Source: a virus (Duplodnaviria; Caudoviricetes). From it: 64,000 nucleotides of DNA. The notes beneath the pieces are model-generated. The model was not told the origin of the DNA and made no database searches. It was given only the letters and a program-made list of their open reading frames with translations. Position numbers and translations under genes: made by a program. The stretch is taken from IMG/VR virus record IMGVR_UViG_3300020365_000001, one strand, 5' to 3'. Below are positions 27,048 through 36,854 of this stretch, piece by piece; position 1 is the first letter of the stretch; the number at the start of each line of letters is the position of its first letter.

Positions 27048-27850
27048 TGTTCTTTTGCTTGGTTTAGATATACAGATGGTGGTATTCTACCACAATACTC
27101 ATCGAGTTCCATGATGTCATCGACAGTGTGTTCGACTGCATCACGTTGCCAAAATTCTGCTAATGCATTCTTACTACCTTTGTGGAAGATGTCAATGTGT
27201 TCTTCATGAATAGCAGAACCCATATCAATTCGGTAGTTGAACAGTGGAGTGGAGTATGACTTACCACTGTCGAGGATCAGATCCTCTGACACTGAACGTG
27301 GTTTGATGTTCTGATCAATCTTCCACAGACTACCACGTTGATGCATCCTCAGTATCTTAGTTGCATGGTGCCTTGTGATCAGGTAACAAGCAGCAGAGAA
27401 ATCATTGATGAATCTATGGTGCAGTTTTAGAGTGATACCATTTGGATTGATGATGGTCAGTTGTAGACAATCAAAGTTGATTGGCACACGACGACGTACA
27501 TCTTTCCAGTTGAACGTCCAATGTTTGGCAGTGCTCAGGTCAACATCATCTTCCATGATGAAGACCTCATCCAGGTCAGTCTCTTCGACAAAGTATTTGA
27601 TTGCCGACAAGTGACTCAACACACAACCAATCTCACCAGAGTTCATGTTGTGTGGGATTGTTCCCTTCAAATATGATGCTGGGTCATCCTCCTTACCATC
27701 AATGCCAACGATGCGGTGATGCTTTTCGATTCCCCAGTAGGAGAACTGCTTCTCCATGTACTCACGACGGTCGGGATAGCGATCAAGGTTTACCCAGAGA
27801 ACAAAAGGAAACCCTTCCAGTTTTTTGAGTGCTTTATTCTTGTCCGGCAT
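27044..27850 (-). CDS. Glycosyltransferase family 25
   Basis: VNLDRYPDRR, GEIGCVLSH, MEDD. Confidence 0.88.
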   Translation of the reverse strand: MPDKNKALKKLEGFPFVLWVNLDRYPDRREYMEKQFSYWGIEKHHRIVGIDGKEDDPASYLKGTIPHNMNSGEIGCVLSHLSAIKYFVEETDLDEVFIMEDDVDLSTAKHWTFNWKDVRRRVPINFDCLQLTIINPNGITLKLHHRFINDFSAACYLITRHHATKILRMHQRGSLWKIDQNIKPRSVSEDLILDSGKSYSTPLFNYRIDMGSAIHEEHIDIFHKGSKNALAEFWQRDAVEHTVDDIMELDEYCGRIPPSVYLNQAKEQ

Positions 27851-28787
27851 CGTTCTTCACCCCGCGAGCGGTCATGTAATCAATATTAGTGTAGTAAGAA
27901 ACTAATTGTTTTCTTGTTTTGATTTTCAACTCTTCCCATAGACTACGGTTCTGTTCAATGTATGGGTTATGGAACCATGAGTTCTCTGATCTGATATGTT
28001 CCATGTGGAACACCAGTTCATTCAACCGCATCACATGGGAACAAGTATTGAATCTATGATACCTCTCATCATCCTCATAACCATAAGCAACAAACCCTTC
28101 GTTCTCTCCACCAAGTTTGATGTACTCTTCAGTGTCAAAGAACTGACAGAATCCAAACTTAGCATCATAAACTTTTGCCTTACCATTGAAGGCATTGAAG
28201 TTGAAGTTTGAATTGATGAACCGAGTCACGTCATTATCATCGATCGTCAACTGACGTTGATAGTCACCATACCCATAAGGATAGATGCACTTGACAGGTT
28301 CAGGTTCACCAACATCATCAGGAGCATATCCATTGATGATAGTATTCTGTGCCAGGATGTAAGTGTTGACTGGTAGTAGGATGTCACAGTCATAGTTGAC
28401 AACTACTGGAGTCTTCACCAACATCAACATGTCATTGAGGAGACGTGTCCTATGAAACGCTGTGTTGTTAGGGTCTGCCTTCTCAAAGATGTGATGAATC
28501 TTCGTCATCTTATCAGGAGGCAGTGCCATGTCCAACATGGGCACCACCTTCGTCAAAAATACTGACTCTAGATCATGCTCTTTGATAATGATCTGAGTGT
28601 CAAAGTTGCGGAGCAGATAGATCAGACACGTTGTGATGTTACGCATCCTATCAGCACTCTCAATCCTCAACGGAATGATGAAGGTAGTCTTGGATAGATC
28701 CCAGGAGTTTACTGGTTGGATTTGAAGATCCTCATACATTCCAAGGTCTTCAATTTCAATTCCTTCCTGTTCAATAGTCTTAGACAC
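27834..28787 (-). CDS. GT2/GT7C galactosyltransferase-like protein
   Basis: TFIIPLR, NYDCD, GGENEGFVAYGYEDDE. Confidence 0.8.
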   Translation of the reverse strand: MSKTIEQEGIEIEDLGMYEDLQIQPVNSWDLSKTTFIIPLRIESADRMRNITTCLIYLLRNFDTQIIIKEHDLESVFLTKVVPMLDMALPPDKMTKIHHIFEKADPNNTAFHRTRLLNDMLMLVKTPVVVNYDCDILLPVNTYILAQNTIINGYAPDDVGEPEPVKCIYPYGYGDYQRQLTIDDNDVTRFINSNFNFNAFNGKAKVYDAKFGFCQFFDTEEYIKLGGENEGFVAYGYEDDERYHRFNTCSHVMRLNELVFHMEHIRSENSWFHNPYIEQNRSLWEELKIKTRKQLVSYYTNIDYMTARGVKNDAGQE

Positions 28788-29568
28788 TTACAACCTCCCA
28801 GTTGTCACAGTATAGATCTGATGTGTTGTGATTCTTTGTGTATCCTGTACCAAACCACCTTTCAGGTGCCAGGATTCTTTTGTTTGGATTCTTACTCAAC
28901 CAGGATCCCCACCAAGAGAATGAAGAGTTTGCAATGATGAAGTCATCACAGAGACTCATCATGCAAAGGTCTGCCACATTGTCTCCGCCTTCCGAAATTA
29001 GAAACCGATCATCTGTAAATTGCTCGTGACACCACACAGGATCGTCACTAAAAACAATACAATTCCGGTCACTATCAAAGTGCGAAAGACACGCATCATA
29101 ATACTCCTTGGTGCAGGGAGGATGGTTGTCACAGTTAGTTAGGTAATCACCGCGACGCACATGTAAAGCGATAGGTCGGTCAACCGAACTAATCATTTCC
29201 ACACAAGGATCATGGATGTCATTCTTGAATTCAAAGTCCTGACGGATCTCAGATTCAATATGCTTGAACCATTTCTCACTCTGCAAATACCCATAGACAT
29301 TGTGTCCGTCAGGAGTATTGTCAAACAGATTCTTGTCAAAGTGAAAGTGTGCCTCTTGAACATAAGGTCCAGGACACACCGCAATATTTGTCAACCCTAC
29401 TAGTTTGAAGCACTCAAACAGTTGGTGGTCATGCCACTCATCCTCAAACTTACTAGGAGGGATACAGAAATCATATCCTTTATGTGCTGCTATGCCACGC
29501 AGTCCAGCATACTGGAACATCTGGTTTCCCAGACGCCCATGTCTGCCGAGGTGGTTGAATCCAATCAT
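28780..29568 (-). CDS. Alpha-1,2-fucosyltransferase-like (GT11)
   Basis: GRLGNQMFQYA, GYLQSEKWF, HVRRGDY, ANSSFSWW. Confidence 0.92.
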   Translation of the reverse strand: MIGFNHLGRHGRLGNQMFQYAGLRGIAAHKGYDFCIPPSKFEDEWHDHQLFECFKLVGLTNIAVCPGPYVQEAHFHFDKNLFDNTPDGHNVYGYLQSEKWFKHIESEIRQDFEFKNDIHDPCVEMISSVDRPIALHVRRGDYLTNCDNHPPCTKEYYDACLSHFDSDRNCIVFSDDPVWCHEQFTDDRFLISEGGDNVADLCMMSLCDDFIIANSSFSWWGSWLSKNPNKRILAPERWFGTGYTKNHNTSDLYCDNWEVVSV

Positions 29569-29954
29569 GATTGCCAGTGATAGTGAAAGAAGTTACCTCT
29601 GTGATGACACATAGGGTCTTGGGATGGAACTCGATATCGGAGCATGGTCTGCCCCTTGAAATCAGTTCGGTCCCCAATAATATTGTATGCCTTCTGCATT
29701 GCTGTAACGTTTTGCAGTCGCTTGACCACTCGTGGATCAGCAGTAGGTCTTCGTCTCAAGAATCCTTCATACTGTCCACGTTGATATACAACGTTGGCAA
29801 CCGTGTTGGGAAAGTGAGGTGACCTGACACGGTTCAAGATTGAAACAGCAACACACAACTCATCTTGAGTGTTACGTGCCGCTTCAACCTGCACTGCTCG
29901 TGCAAGATGATCAAAGTCAAGAGGAGTCAGTGCTAGAAGTGCCTCAAGAAACAT
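29565..29954 (-). CDS. Cell wall hydrolase (SleB/Hydrolase_2)
   Basis: LARAVQVEA...VAVSILNRV.SPHFPNTVANVVYQRGQY. Confidence 0.8.
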   Translation of the reverse strand: MFLEALLALTPLDFDHLARAVQVEAARNTQDELCVAVSILNRVRSPHFPNTVANVVYQRGQYEGFLRRRPTADPRVVKRLQNVTAMQKAYNIIGDRTDFKGQTMLRYRVPSQDPMCHHRGNFFHYHWQS

Positions 29955-30636
29955 TGTGTTTTTCCTTTAGATAATCAATTTCCTTGGGAAGGAGATGCTC
30001 GTGCAGTCTTTGAGTCTGACTGGGGTGTTCTCGGTTAGAGATGTGGTAGTGGGGGAGCAGTGCCGGTTTCCCGTGGTCCTTGTACAACCTATAGAACATA
30101 TCACAATCCATGAGCATAGTCAACTCCTCATCAAAGTAGATGCCCAGGTTGTTACGGACGGCAAGGATGGAAGGGGAACTCAGGGTGTTGACACCTTCCA
30201 ACAATTTGCTGTTCCACACAGGAGTCTTAGGATTGTAATGAGTCTTACCATCATCCAGAGTATGAGCAAATCCTGTGACTGCCCACTCAACTTTAGGTTC
30301 TAGAAAAGCATTGATCAACTCTGCATTGAGATTCCTAGTAAGAATCATATCGTCAGAGAAGATGATCTTTAGAATGCCTCGGTCTGCCAACCGCATAGCA
30401 GAGTTGGTATTGGCAGAAATATTTCCTCGGTCATCTTCATTGCGAACGTAATTGATCTCAAAAAGATCATCATACTCTTCGCATGCCTGCAAGACTTTGT
30501 TAGAGGAACCATGATCAGACACCCACACATTGAAATCCATGTCTGTCTGTAGAGACAGGGCATGAAAAATATCAAACAAATACTGCTGGCACTTTGGATT
30601 TTTATCGTGCGTCGGGATGCAATAACTTACAGACAT
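29944..30636 (-). CDS. Glycosyltransferase family 2
   Basis: SYCIPT, VSDH, FSDD, MDCD. Confidence 0.8.
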   Translation of the reverse strand: MSVSYCIPTHDKNPKCQQYLFDIFHALSLQTDMDFNVWVSDHGSSNKVLQACEEYDDLFEINYVRNEDDRGNISANTNSAMRLADRGILKIIFSDDMILTRNLNAELINAFLEPKVEWAVTGFAHTLDDGKTHYNPKTPVWNSKLLEGVNTLSSPSILAVRNNLGIYFDEELTMLMDCDMFYRLYKDHGKPALLPHYHISNREHPSQTQRLHEHLLPKEIDYLKEKHNVS

Positions 30637-31424
30637 TAGCGAAGATCGCTCATAATTTTTCTAGTGAGGCGTGGAACCACATCGTTGTCACTATGGAATT
30701 GCTTTGCAATCTCATAGTTCTCTTCGATAGCATCCTTTCTCCAATCATACTTGTCTGCATCCAGATGTTTTAGGATCAGTTCAAGTTCTTCCATATCATG
30801 GAAGACAATTACTCCGTCCATATTGAACCAGTCTCCTAGGTTAGGACAACCATAGTAGATGGGAACCGTCTTTGATGCAAAGCAATCAATGACCTTCTCA
30901 GTAAAGTAGTTTCTCTGTCGAGAGTTCTCTACTGCGATATGGAACTTAGCATTCTCGAAGAAATCATTTCTCCTCTCATGGAAGGGAGGAGATTTATGTG
31001 CATAATACTGGAGTCCATTTGAAACGTCAACATTTTTGAGCATTTCAAAAATTTCCAACCGCATACGGTGACCCACAGTCTGATTCTTTTCACTGGTCAC
31101 AAAGGTAACGTTGTTACCCTTGTCAAGAATCAAATCCTTGAAGTCCAACCAACTAGATCCCCACTCAAAGAGTTCGGCCTGTGGATATTTCTCTAGGATT
31201 TTTTCAGTGAACGTGTAGATCTTGTCGAACTGATACGCACTACGGAGTGCACCCTCAGTCACTGTAGGTAAGATAGAATATGGTTCTGCCAGGAACAGGA
31301 TTTTATAATCCGCCCGCACATCATAATCTAAGTTATCGATCGAGATGCTTACACTTTTATCACCCAGGTCAAGATTCTTATCTTGCCATGGGTTCCACCA
31401 CAGAGGATAATATTTTACTGTCAT
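30636..31424 (-). CDS. GT10 (alpha-1,3-fucosyltransferase-like)
   Basis: KFHIAVENS...NYFTEKVIDCF...TVPIYYG. Confidence 0.82.
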   Translation of the reverse strand: MTVKYYPLWWNPWQDKNLDLGDKSVSISIDNLDYDVRADYKILFLAEPYSILPTVTEGALRSAYQFDKIYTFTEKILEKYPQAELFEWGSSWLDFKDLILDKGNNVTFVTSEKNQTVGHRMRLEIFEMLKNVDVSNGLQYYAHKSPPFHERRNDFFENAKFHIAVENSRQRNYFTEKVIDCFASKTVPIYYGCPNLGDWFNMDGVIVFHDMEELELILKHLDADKYDWRKDAIEENYEIAKQFHSDNDVVPRLTRKIMSDLR

Positions 31425-32092
31425 CGTATGTCTTGGAAATGATAATGAAAACCGAAGGTCTCAATACCTTCATGCTCTGGGCACTCTACCTCTTTAGAGA
31501 ACCTAGCGGCAACTTCCACTGGTGCAAAGACGCATCCTTGCTCCTCAAAAATATGCCGGTTGTGGACACAAATGTTGCCGTCCTCATTATATAGTCCGGC
31601 ATTCATATGCTTATAGAAGTCTCCCTGATTGACTTCCCAGGGTACAGTTACACGCGAGGGGACCTGTAGTAACTTTCTGGAACGTAAGGAAAATCCCCCA
31701 TTCCCAACCCGTTGGTTCTTACCCCAGGGGTCGAGGAAGGCATTTGGATCGTCTCTCCAGGGGGCACCGATGTAGTCGTACTGTAACCACGAACTATCCC
31801 AAAGCCAAGGTCGAATAACAAAACCGTCAGGATGGATAAGGAGGCAATGCGTGGACTGAATATGATTGATAAGGTTATATATACAATAAAAATTGAAATC
31901 ATTGATGCTTTGAATTGGATAGGTTTCCTCATACTGTGCTTGGTCGCAGAGACCTTCTGGTCTCCCCTTGCTGCCAAGAAATTTGACAGCACCCCATTCA
32001 ATAGACTCACATGATTTATTTACCGCATAGACAGCTTCAGGAATGTCAACATCTGCTAGCATAAGCAGCGTGACTTCAGGAATTTTTAGCAC
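31421..32092 (-). CDS. DUF5672 glycosyltransferase-like protein
   Basis: DGFV, YDYIGAPW, VGNGGFSLRS, FGFH. Confidence 0.82.
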   Translation of the reverse strand: MLKIPEVTLLMLADVDIPEAVYAVNKSCESIEWGAVKFLGSKGRPEGLCDQAQYEETYPIQSINDFNFYCIYNLINHIQSTHCLLIHPDGFVIRPWLWDSSWLQYDYIGAPWRDDPNAFLDPWGKNQRVGNGGFSLRSRKLLQVPSRVTVPWEVNQGDFYKHMNAGLYNEDGNICVHNRHIFEEQGCVFAPVEVAARFSKEVECPEHEGIETFGFHYHFQDIR

Positions 32093-32993
32093 GTTGCACC
32101 GCTCGGTTGAATACTGGGTATAAGTCTAGCAGATTTATGTCGATATTTCTAGCCCTGTCATATAAGTCTTCGGCATCGAACAGCAGGGTCTTATTGATCT
32201 TACCAAAGTCATCAACCCATAGGACCGGGTAGTCTTTATATAATTCTTGCAGGTACTCATCCTTCAGCATGATAGGAACACGCTTCAGGTACAGCACCTC
32301 CCAGTTCCTATGACAGTCCACAGCATTACCCTGCGGACAGATCATGAACTTATGGTCTTGTAGTTCCCTGATATACTCTCGGTATCCTTGTCGCTGTCCG
32401 ACTGTAGCGTACGAGATTCCACTAAACATCTCACGGATGTTGCCACGGACACTGAGGTTAGTGTGCTCTGAGTGATTGATGTACAGAAGTTTTCTGGGTC
32501 TAGGATCTTCTTCCATTGCTTCCAACAGAAGAGTGTGTCTATGATCTTCTTCATGTAGTTTCCTGCCGACACCATAAGGAAAAGAATAAAGTTTCTCTTT
32601 GAATCCTATTGCGTTTGCTGCAAAGATACCCAGCACATTGTCTGGAATATCTATGTCCTCTTCTACAGGAGTGTCCTCATTATTGCAAAAAATTATGAAC
32701 TTCTTGTCAAGGGAAGCACATAATTTTAGCAGGTCATTCTTCTTCAGTAGGTCATCAACCCACTTCTGATCATTAGCATTATTGCATACGATCTTTCTAT
32801 TATATAATCTAATGTTATCAATAAAGAGAGTCATGATCTCCTTATCAGTCTTAGACACAAGGTCAAGAAACTCTTTGTTCTTTTTGCTGGCGACTTTCAT
32901 GAAAGACCCATGCACTTGACCTATGACCCCTGCCTGATCTCCAAACGTATAGTCACAATGGTTTGCTACTCCAGGTCCGTGGATCAATTTCAT
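32076..32993 (-). CDS. Exostosin/GT47-like protein
   Basis: KFMICPQGNAVDCHRNWEVLYL..VPI. Confidence 0.75.
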   Translation of the reverse strand: MKLIHGPGVANHCDYTFGDQAGVIGQVHGSFMKVASKKNKEFLDLVSKTDKEIMTLFIDNIRLYNRKIVCNNANDQKWVDDLLKKNDLLKLCASLDKKFIIFCNNEDTPVEEDIDIPDNVLGIFAANAIGFKEKLYSFPYGVGRKLHEEDHRHTLLLEAMEEDPRPRKLLYINHSEHTNLSVRGNIREMFSGISYATVGQRQGYREYIRELQDHKFMICPQGNAVDCHRNWEVLYLKRVPIMLKDEYLQELYKDYPVLWVDDFGKINKTLLFDAEDLYDRARNIDINLLDLYPVFNRAVQRAKNS

Positions 32994-33838
32994 AGTGCTT
33001 TCACAAACTTCTTCAGTTTACGATTCTTCTGAGACCGGACATACTTAGGGAAGGTCTCATCAATCTCTACAACAGTTGGTTGATAGAGATATGTTCTACC
33101 ATATGGGTCCAGGTTCTGCTCGATCCTATCCTCCATGCTGGAACGGAACTCTTCCAAGTTGTTTTCTTGGTGCTCATAGGCATCCATCTTCTGACGCACA
33201 GTGTCAGCATCACCAAAGAAACTCCAGTGCCATGATGCATTGGCAAGTTTGTATGCATCCTGGTGTGACTGACGGAGTTTGTCAACACTCATACTCTTCA
33301 GTGTCTTGAAGTCACACACTCGTGTGCCCATCCACTGCTCTTCACACTTCACATTGAGGTAGTAATAGAACAGAGGACCTGTCAAGACATAGTGATGGTT
33401 AGGATCGAACCACTCATCCATACACTTCAGTGCTTCAGGGTTCGCGATCTCGTCAGCATCACTTGTAAGGATGATGTCGTCGTCCTCTGCCTTATCTAAC
33501 AGACCATAAATTGCACTGTCCTTATGAAAGCATGCCCGCTGGTATGGCAGTGGCAGTTGATAGATGTTCTCTTCCAACATGCTCCTGTGATAAGGAATGT
33601 CAGAATAGTATGCCTCAAAGGTTTTGTTATCGTCGATGGTGACGTGGTGGATAATTTTATCCTCCCACTTCTTGAACCGCTTACGATTCTCTTGGAAGAA
33701 AAGTGGTTTGGGTTTACCAGTAAAGGTAATGTTTGCCTCATTGATAACAAAATAGTCCACCGAATCTCCGAGGATGTTCATCCTCAGTTCCAGTAGATCT
33801 AGTTCATTATAAAAAGTAAATACGTCGAAGATTTTCAT
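32990..33838 (-). CDS. GT17 (beta-1,4-GlcNAc transferase-like)
   Basis: FYNELDLLELRM, TFTGKPK, SDADEI, WHWSF. Confidence 0.85.
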   Translation of the reverse strand: MKIFDVFTFYNELDLLELRMNILGDSVDYFVINEANITFTGKPKPLFFQENRKRFKKWEDKIIHHVTIDDNKTFEAYYSDIPYHRSMLEENIYQLPLPYQRACFHKDSAIYGLLDKAEDDDIILTSDADEIANPEALKCMDEWFDPNHHYVLTGPLFYYYLNVKCEEQWMGTRVCDFKTLKSMSVDKLRQSHQDAYKLANASWHWSFFGDADTVRQKMDAYEHQENNLEEFRSSMEDRIEQNLDPYGRTYLYQPTVVEIDETFPKYVRSQKNRKLKKFVKAL

Positions 33839-34377
33839 GGACGATAATTGATGTTCAAGGTGAATCTAACACCAGTAGTTGGAGAAGAACTGGAATGATA
33901 TTGCTTTCCGTCAAAAGTAACCATCTTACCTCGTTCAGGAGACTCTCTATGAATAACATTTTGATCTCCATCAAAGAAGAATGTATCGCCGTCAGCATCA
34001 TTGGGATAATATAATCCTACAATGTGTGGGCGGTCATCATCTACATGTGAGTTGTGTGGAACACCGAATGCTTCTGGTCTTGGATATTGTAAGGTCATGT
34101 GTGACCTAATCATTGGGTTGTTAGGCATCCCAATCTCTTGACCAATAGAGTTCCAAGGGAACTCGCGAAAATATGGTGAGATGTTTCCATCTACACTCAG
34201 CAAAGTAGAACTGAAGTATGGATTCATCACCGTCCGTAGAGGATGATCACGGTTTCCATAAGCACAGTCGTCAAAGTAATAATATGGTAGTTTCTTACAC
34301 AGGTTTTCAATCTGTGCTACTAACCTATTACTAAGTTTATGCCTTGTAAGAAAAGAGGAGTTCTCTTTGCTCATCAC
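33835..34377 (-). CDS. 2OG-Fe(II) oxygenase
   Basis: HVD...LYYPNDADGDTFF...FDG..YHSS...RFTLNIN. Confidence 0.82.
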   Translation of the reverse strand: MMSKENSSFLTRHKLSNRLVAQIENLCKKLPYYYFDDCAYGNRDHPLRTVMNPYFSSTLLSVDGNISPYFREFPWNSIGQEIGMPNNPMIRSHMTLQYPRPEAFGVPHNSHVDDDRPHIVGLYYPNDADGDTFFFDGDQNVIHRESPERGKMVTFDGKQYHSSSSPTTGVRFTLNINYRP

Positions 34378-35110
34378 TGTTGGTCCATTCTCCAGGTTTG
34401 ATGTAGTTATCTAACACCATCATGTTGATAGTGATGTCAGTATTATACAGCATCTGATAGTTTAGATGCTCCATTATATGTAGATTAGTACAGTAGATGT
34501 TCTCTACTGTGTTGCTACACAACGCCGCGGCCATTGCAAACGTTCCTACACCAGAAGTCGCAAGATGTTTTGCATTCAACAGGGTAGCAAAGTCTTCCTC
34601 AACAGTCTTAGATTGAACAGTAACCTTTGGGTTCCATGCCAACTCTTTGACAAGAGGATTATGTGTTGTATCCTCAGTAACTAAGATACACTTGTCGAAT
34701 TGTTCCAACAGTGCATCATAAAAACAAAAAGGATTAGGGACATATTGATCAGGATTAGTAACCCTTTGGTCAAAAACATCTCCACTCCTAAGATGCATAA
34801 CGAGAGTGTCAGGATCAACATCCACTCTAGGGAGTTGTAGTCTAGGGCGAACATACGTCTTACAGAATGAACGCATCTGCGTATAACAAACGCCCTTATC
34901 GATCGGGACTTCTTTGTACGGACCATCCCAGTAGAAAAACTTTCCGGAAGCATCGACTACGTTGTCTCCAAAACTACATGAAAACTTCTGAATAATATCA
35001 TGCTCAAGGTTGTTCTCAAAACTAGTCTTGTACGCTTGAGCACTCATCAACCCATTAGCAACCTGCTGAATGTTGTTGCCTAAACGTCCATACCAATGAG
35101 ATAGTTTCAT
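34337..35110 (-). CDS. Divergent GT11-like fucosyltransferase
   Basis: WYGRLGNNIQQ, HLRSGD, GTF. Confidence 0.6.
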   Translation of the reverse strand: MKLSHWYGRLGNNIQQVANGLMSAQAYKTSFENNLEHDIIQKFSCSFGDNVVDASGKFFYWDGPYKEVPIDKGVCYTQMRSFCKTYVRPRLQLPRVDVDPDTLVMHLRSGDVFDQRVTNPDQYVPNPFCFYDALLEQFDKCILVTEDTTHNPLVKELAWNPKVTVQSKTVEEDFATLLNAKHLATSGVGTFAMAAALCSNTVENIYCTNLHIMEHLNYQMLYNTDITINMMVLDNYIKPGEWTNSDEQRELLFSYKA

Positions 35111-35763
35111 ACAAAGATGTTACGTGCCTCTTGATCAACACACTCAAAGGGTTTCCATACAGATTCTTTGACAACCTTAGGATCTACCCACCAATCTTCA
35201 TAAGGATTCTCTCCGTTACAGACACTGGCACACACCAGTTGATACCCAAGACCTTCCAGGAACTGACGTGAGTGGTCACGAATGGTGTCACCATCCTTGT
35301 ATGAGTCATGCTCAAAGGTGATGACGCTGGCACGATACTTATCGTGGGGGAATGCTTTCAGTGCTTTGAAAGTAATTTGAGGTGGTTCACAGTCAACGGT
35401 AAAGTAATCTACACGTCCCTGCCATTTCTCTTTGGCGATAGCAGCTTCATAGTCGAAGGTGGTAGCGTCCGCCTCATAACAATGGTTCTGCCTAGACATA
35501 TCTCCATTGAAAACCTCACACATAGACTTCTCAATCTCTACAGAGAACCCACGCCAAGCAAATGCAGTCTCTAGAAGAAAAGTATTACTCATATTCTTGG
35601 GGTGGTTAGCACCAACCTCAACATACTTTCCTTTAGTCTTTCCTTTCAGCATAGAAAGAACAAAAAGATCTTGATATGCCTGCGAATAGTTTTGAAAGAC
35701 TTTACTTTGACCCTTGAAGGGATGCTTCAAGGTATCTTTCTCATAGTTATAGAGTGTGTTCAT
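35107..35763 (-). CDS. FkbM-like methyltransferase
   Basis: SQAYQD, YVEVGA..P...SNT..LE, DYFTVDCE, ITFEHD. Confidence 0.72.
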   Translation of the reverse strand: MNTLYNYEKDTLKHPFKGQSKVFQNYSQAYQDLFVLSMLKGKTKGKYVEVGANHPKNMSNTFLLETAFAWRGFSVEIEKSMCEVFNGDMSRQNHCYEADATTFDYEAAIAKEKWQGRVDYFTVDCEPPQITFKALKAFPHDKYRASVITFEHDSYKDGDTIRDHSRQFLEGLGYQLVCASVCNGENPYEDWWVDPKVVKESVWKPFECVDQEARNIFV

Positions 35764-36854
35764 TCGTACTCGCTGGTAAAATCTTTAGCAATTTGAAGCA
35801 TGATCCAGTTGTAGGTCTTCCTCATACCTTCTTCCAAAGTCTGACTGTAATCCCATCCAAGTTTTTCTCGGATGAGATCATTGTTAGAGTTGCGACCACG
35901 TACACCAGTGTGAGGAACGTCTACGTGGTTCTTACCAATTTCTTTGTTGGCAACCTTAGCAGCAATCTCTACCAGTTGGTTGATGGTTACCATCTCTTCA
36001 GAACCAATGTTGACCGGTCCTTCAAAGTCTGATTGCATCAAACGCCAAGTTGCTTCGATGCACTCGTCGATGTAGAGGAAGGACCTGGTTTGGCATCCAT
36101 CCCCCCACACTTCGATTGAGTCCCCTGTGCTGGCGTAGGCGACTTTTCTACAGATGGCAGCGGGTGCCTTCTCCTTTCCACCGAACCAGGTACCATCGGG
36201 ACCAAAGATATTGTGATACCTAGCGATACGAACAGGAACATTATAATTCCTCGCGAAAGCCAGATAGATCCGTTCAGAGAAGAGTTTTTCCCATCCGTAT
36301 TCGGAGTCTGGTGCTGCGGGGTATGCTGATTCTTCACGGCAATCGGGGTTATCAGGATCGAGCTGGTTATGCTCGGGGTACATGCAGGCAGAAGAACTAT
36401 AGAAGATCTTCGTAGGGTTATCTAACTTGGGACGCTTTGCTTCAGTCCACTCTTTATCTACACCATCGAAGGTGAGGTTGAATGCATGAACTGCACCAAG
36501 AAGATTCAGGTTTATACTAGCAGAATTATGCATGATGTCAGCATCATGTTCGCCAGTGAAGATATAACCAGCACCACCCATGTCAGCAGCGAACTGATAG
36601 ATCTCGTCGAACGGACGGATGTACTGATAGGGAACGTCATGATAGTAGTTCCCCTGCTCACCTTTGTACTGAATTACACGTTCTACAAAGTTTTGTTCTC
36701 GCAGATCACCTACGATGAACTCATCCGCTGCCGTGTCAGAGAAGTCAGGATGCTTGAGGTCAACGCCACGGACCCAATACCCTTCCGCCTTCAGACGTTT
36801 GACCATGTGGCTGCCGATAAATCCACCGGCACCTAATACTAGTGCTGTCTTCAT
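35760..36854 (-). CDS. NAD-dependent epimerase, GDP-mannose 3,5-epimerase-like
   Basis: GAGGFIG, FAADMGGAG, SSACMYP, YGWEKL, EKAPAA.CRK, GVRGRNS. Confidence 0.88.
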   Translation of the reverse strand: MKTALVLGAGGFIGSHMVKRLKAEGYWVRGVDLKHPDFSDTAADEFIVGDLREQNFVERVIQYKGEQGNYYHDVPYQYIRPFDEIYQFAADMGGAGYIFTGEHDADIMHNSASINLNLLGAVHAFNLTFDGVDKEWTEAKRPKLDNPTKIFYSSSACMYPEHNQLDPDNPDCREESAYPAAPDSEYGWEKLFSERIYLAFARNYNVPVRIARYHNIFGPDGTWFGGKEKAPAAICRKVAYASTGDSIEVWGDGCQTRSFLYIDECIEATWRLMQSDFEGPVNIGSEEMVTINQLVEIAAKVANKEIGKNHVDVPHTGVRGRNSNNDLIREKLGWDYSQTLEEGMRKTYNWIMLQIAKDFTSEYE

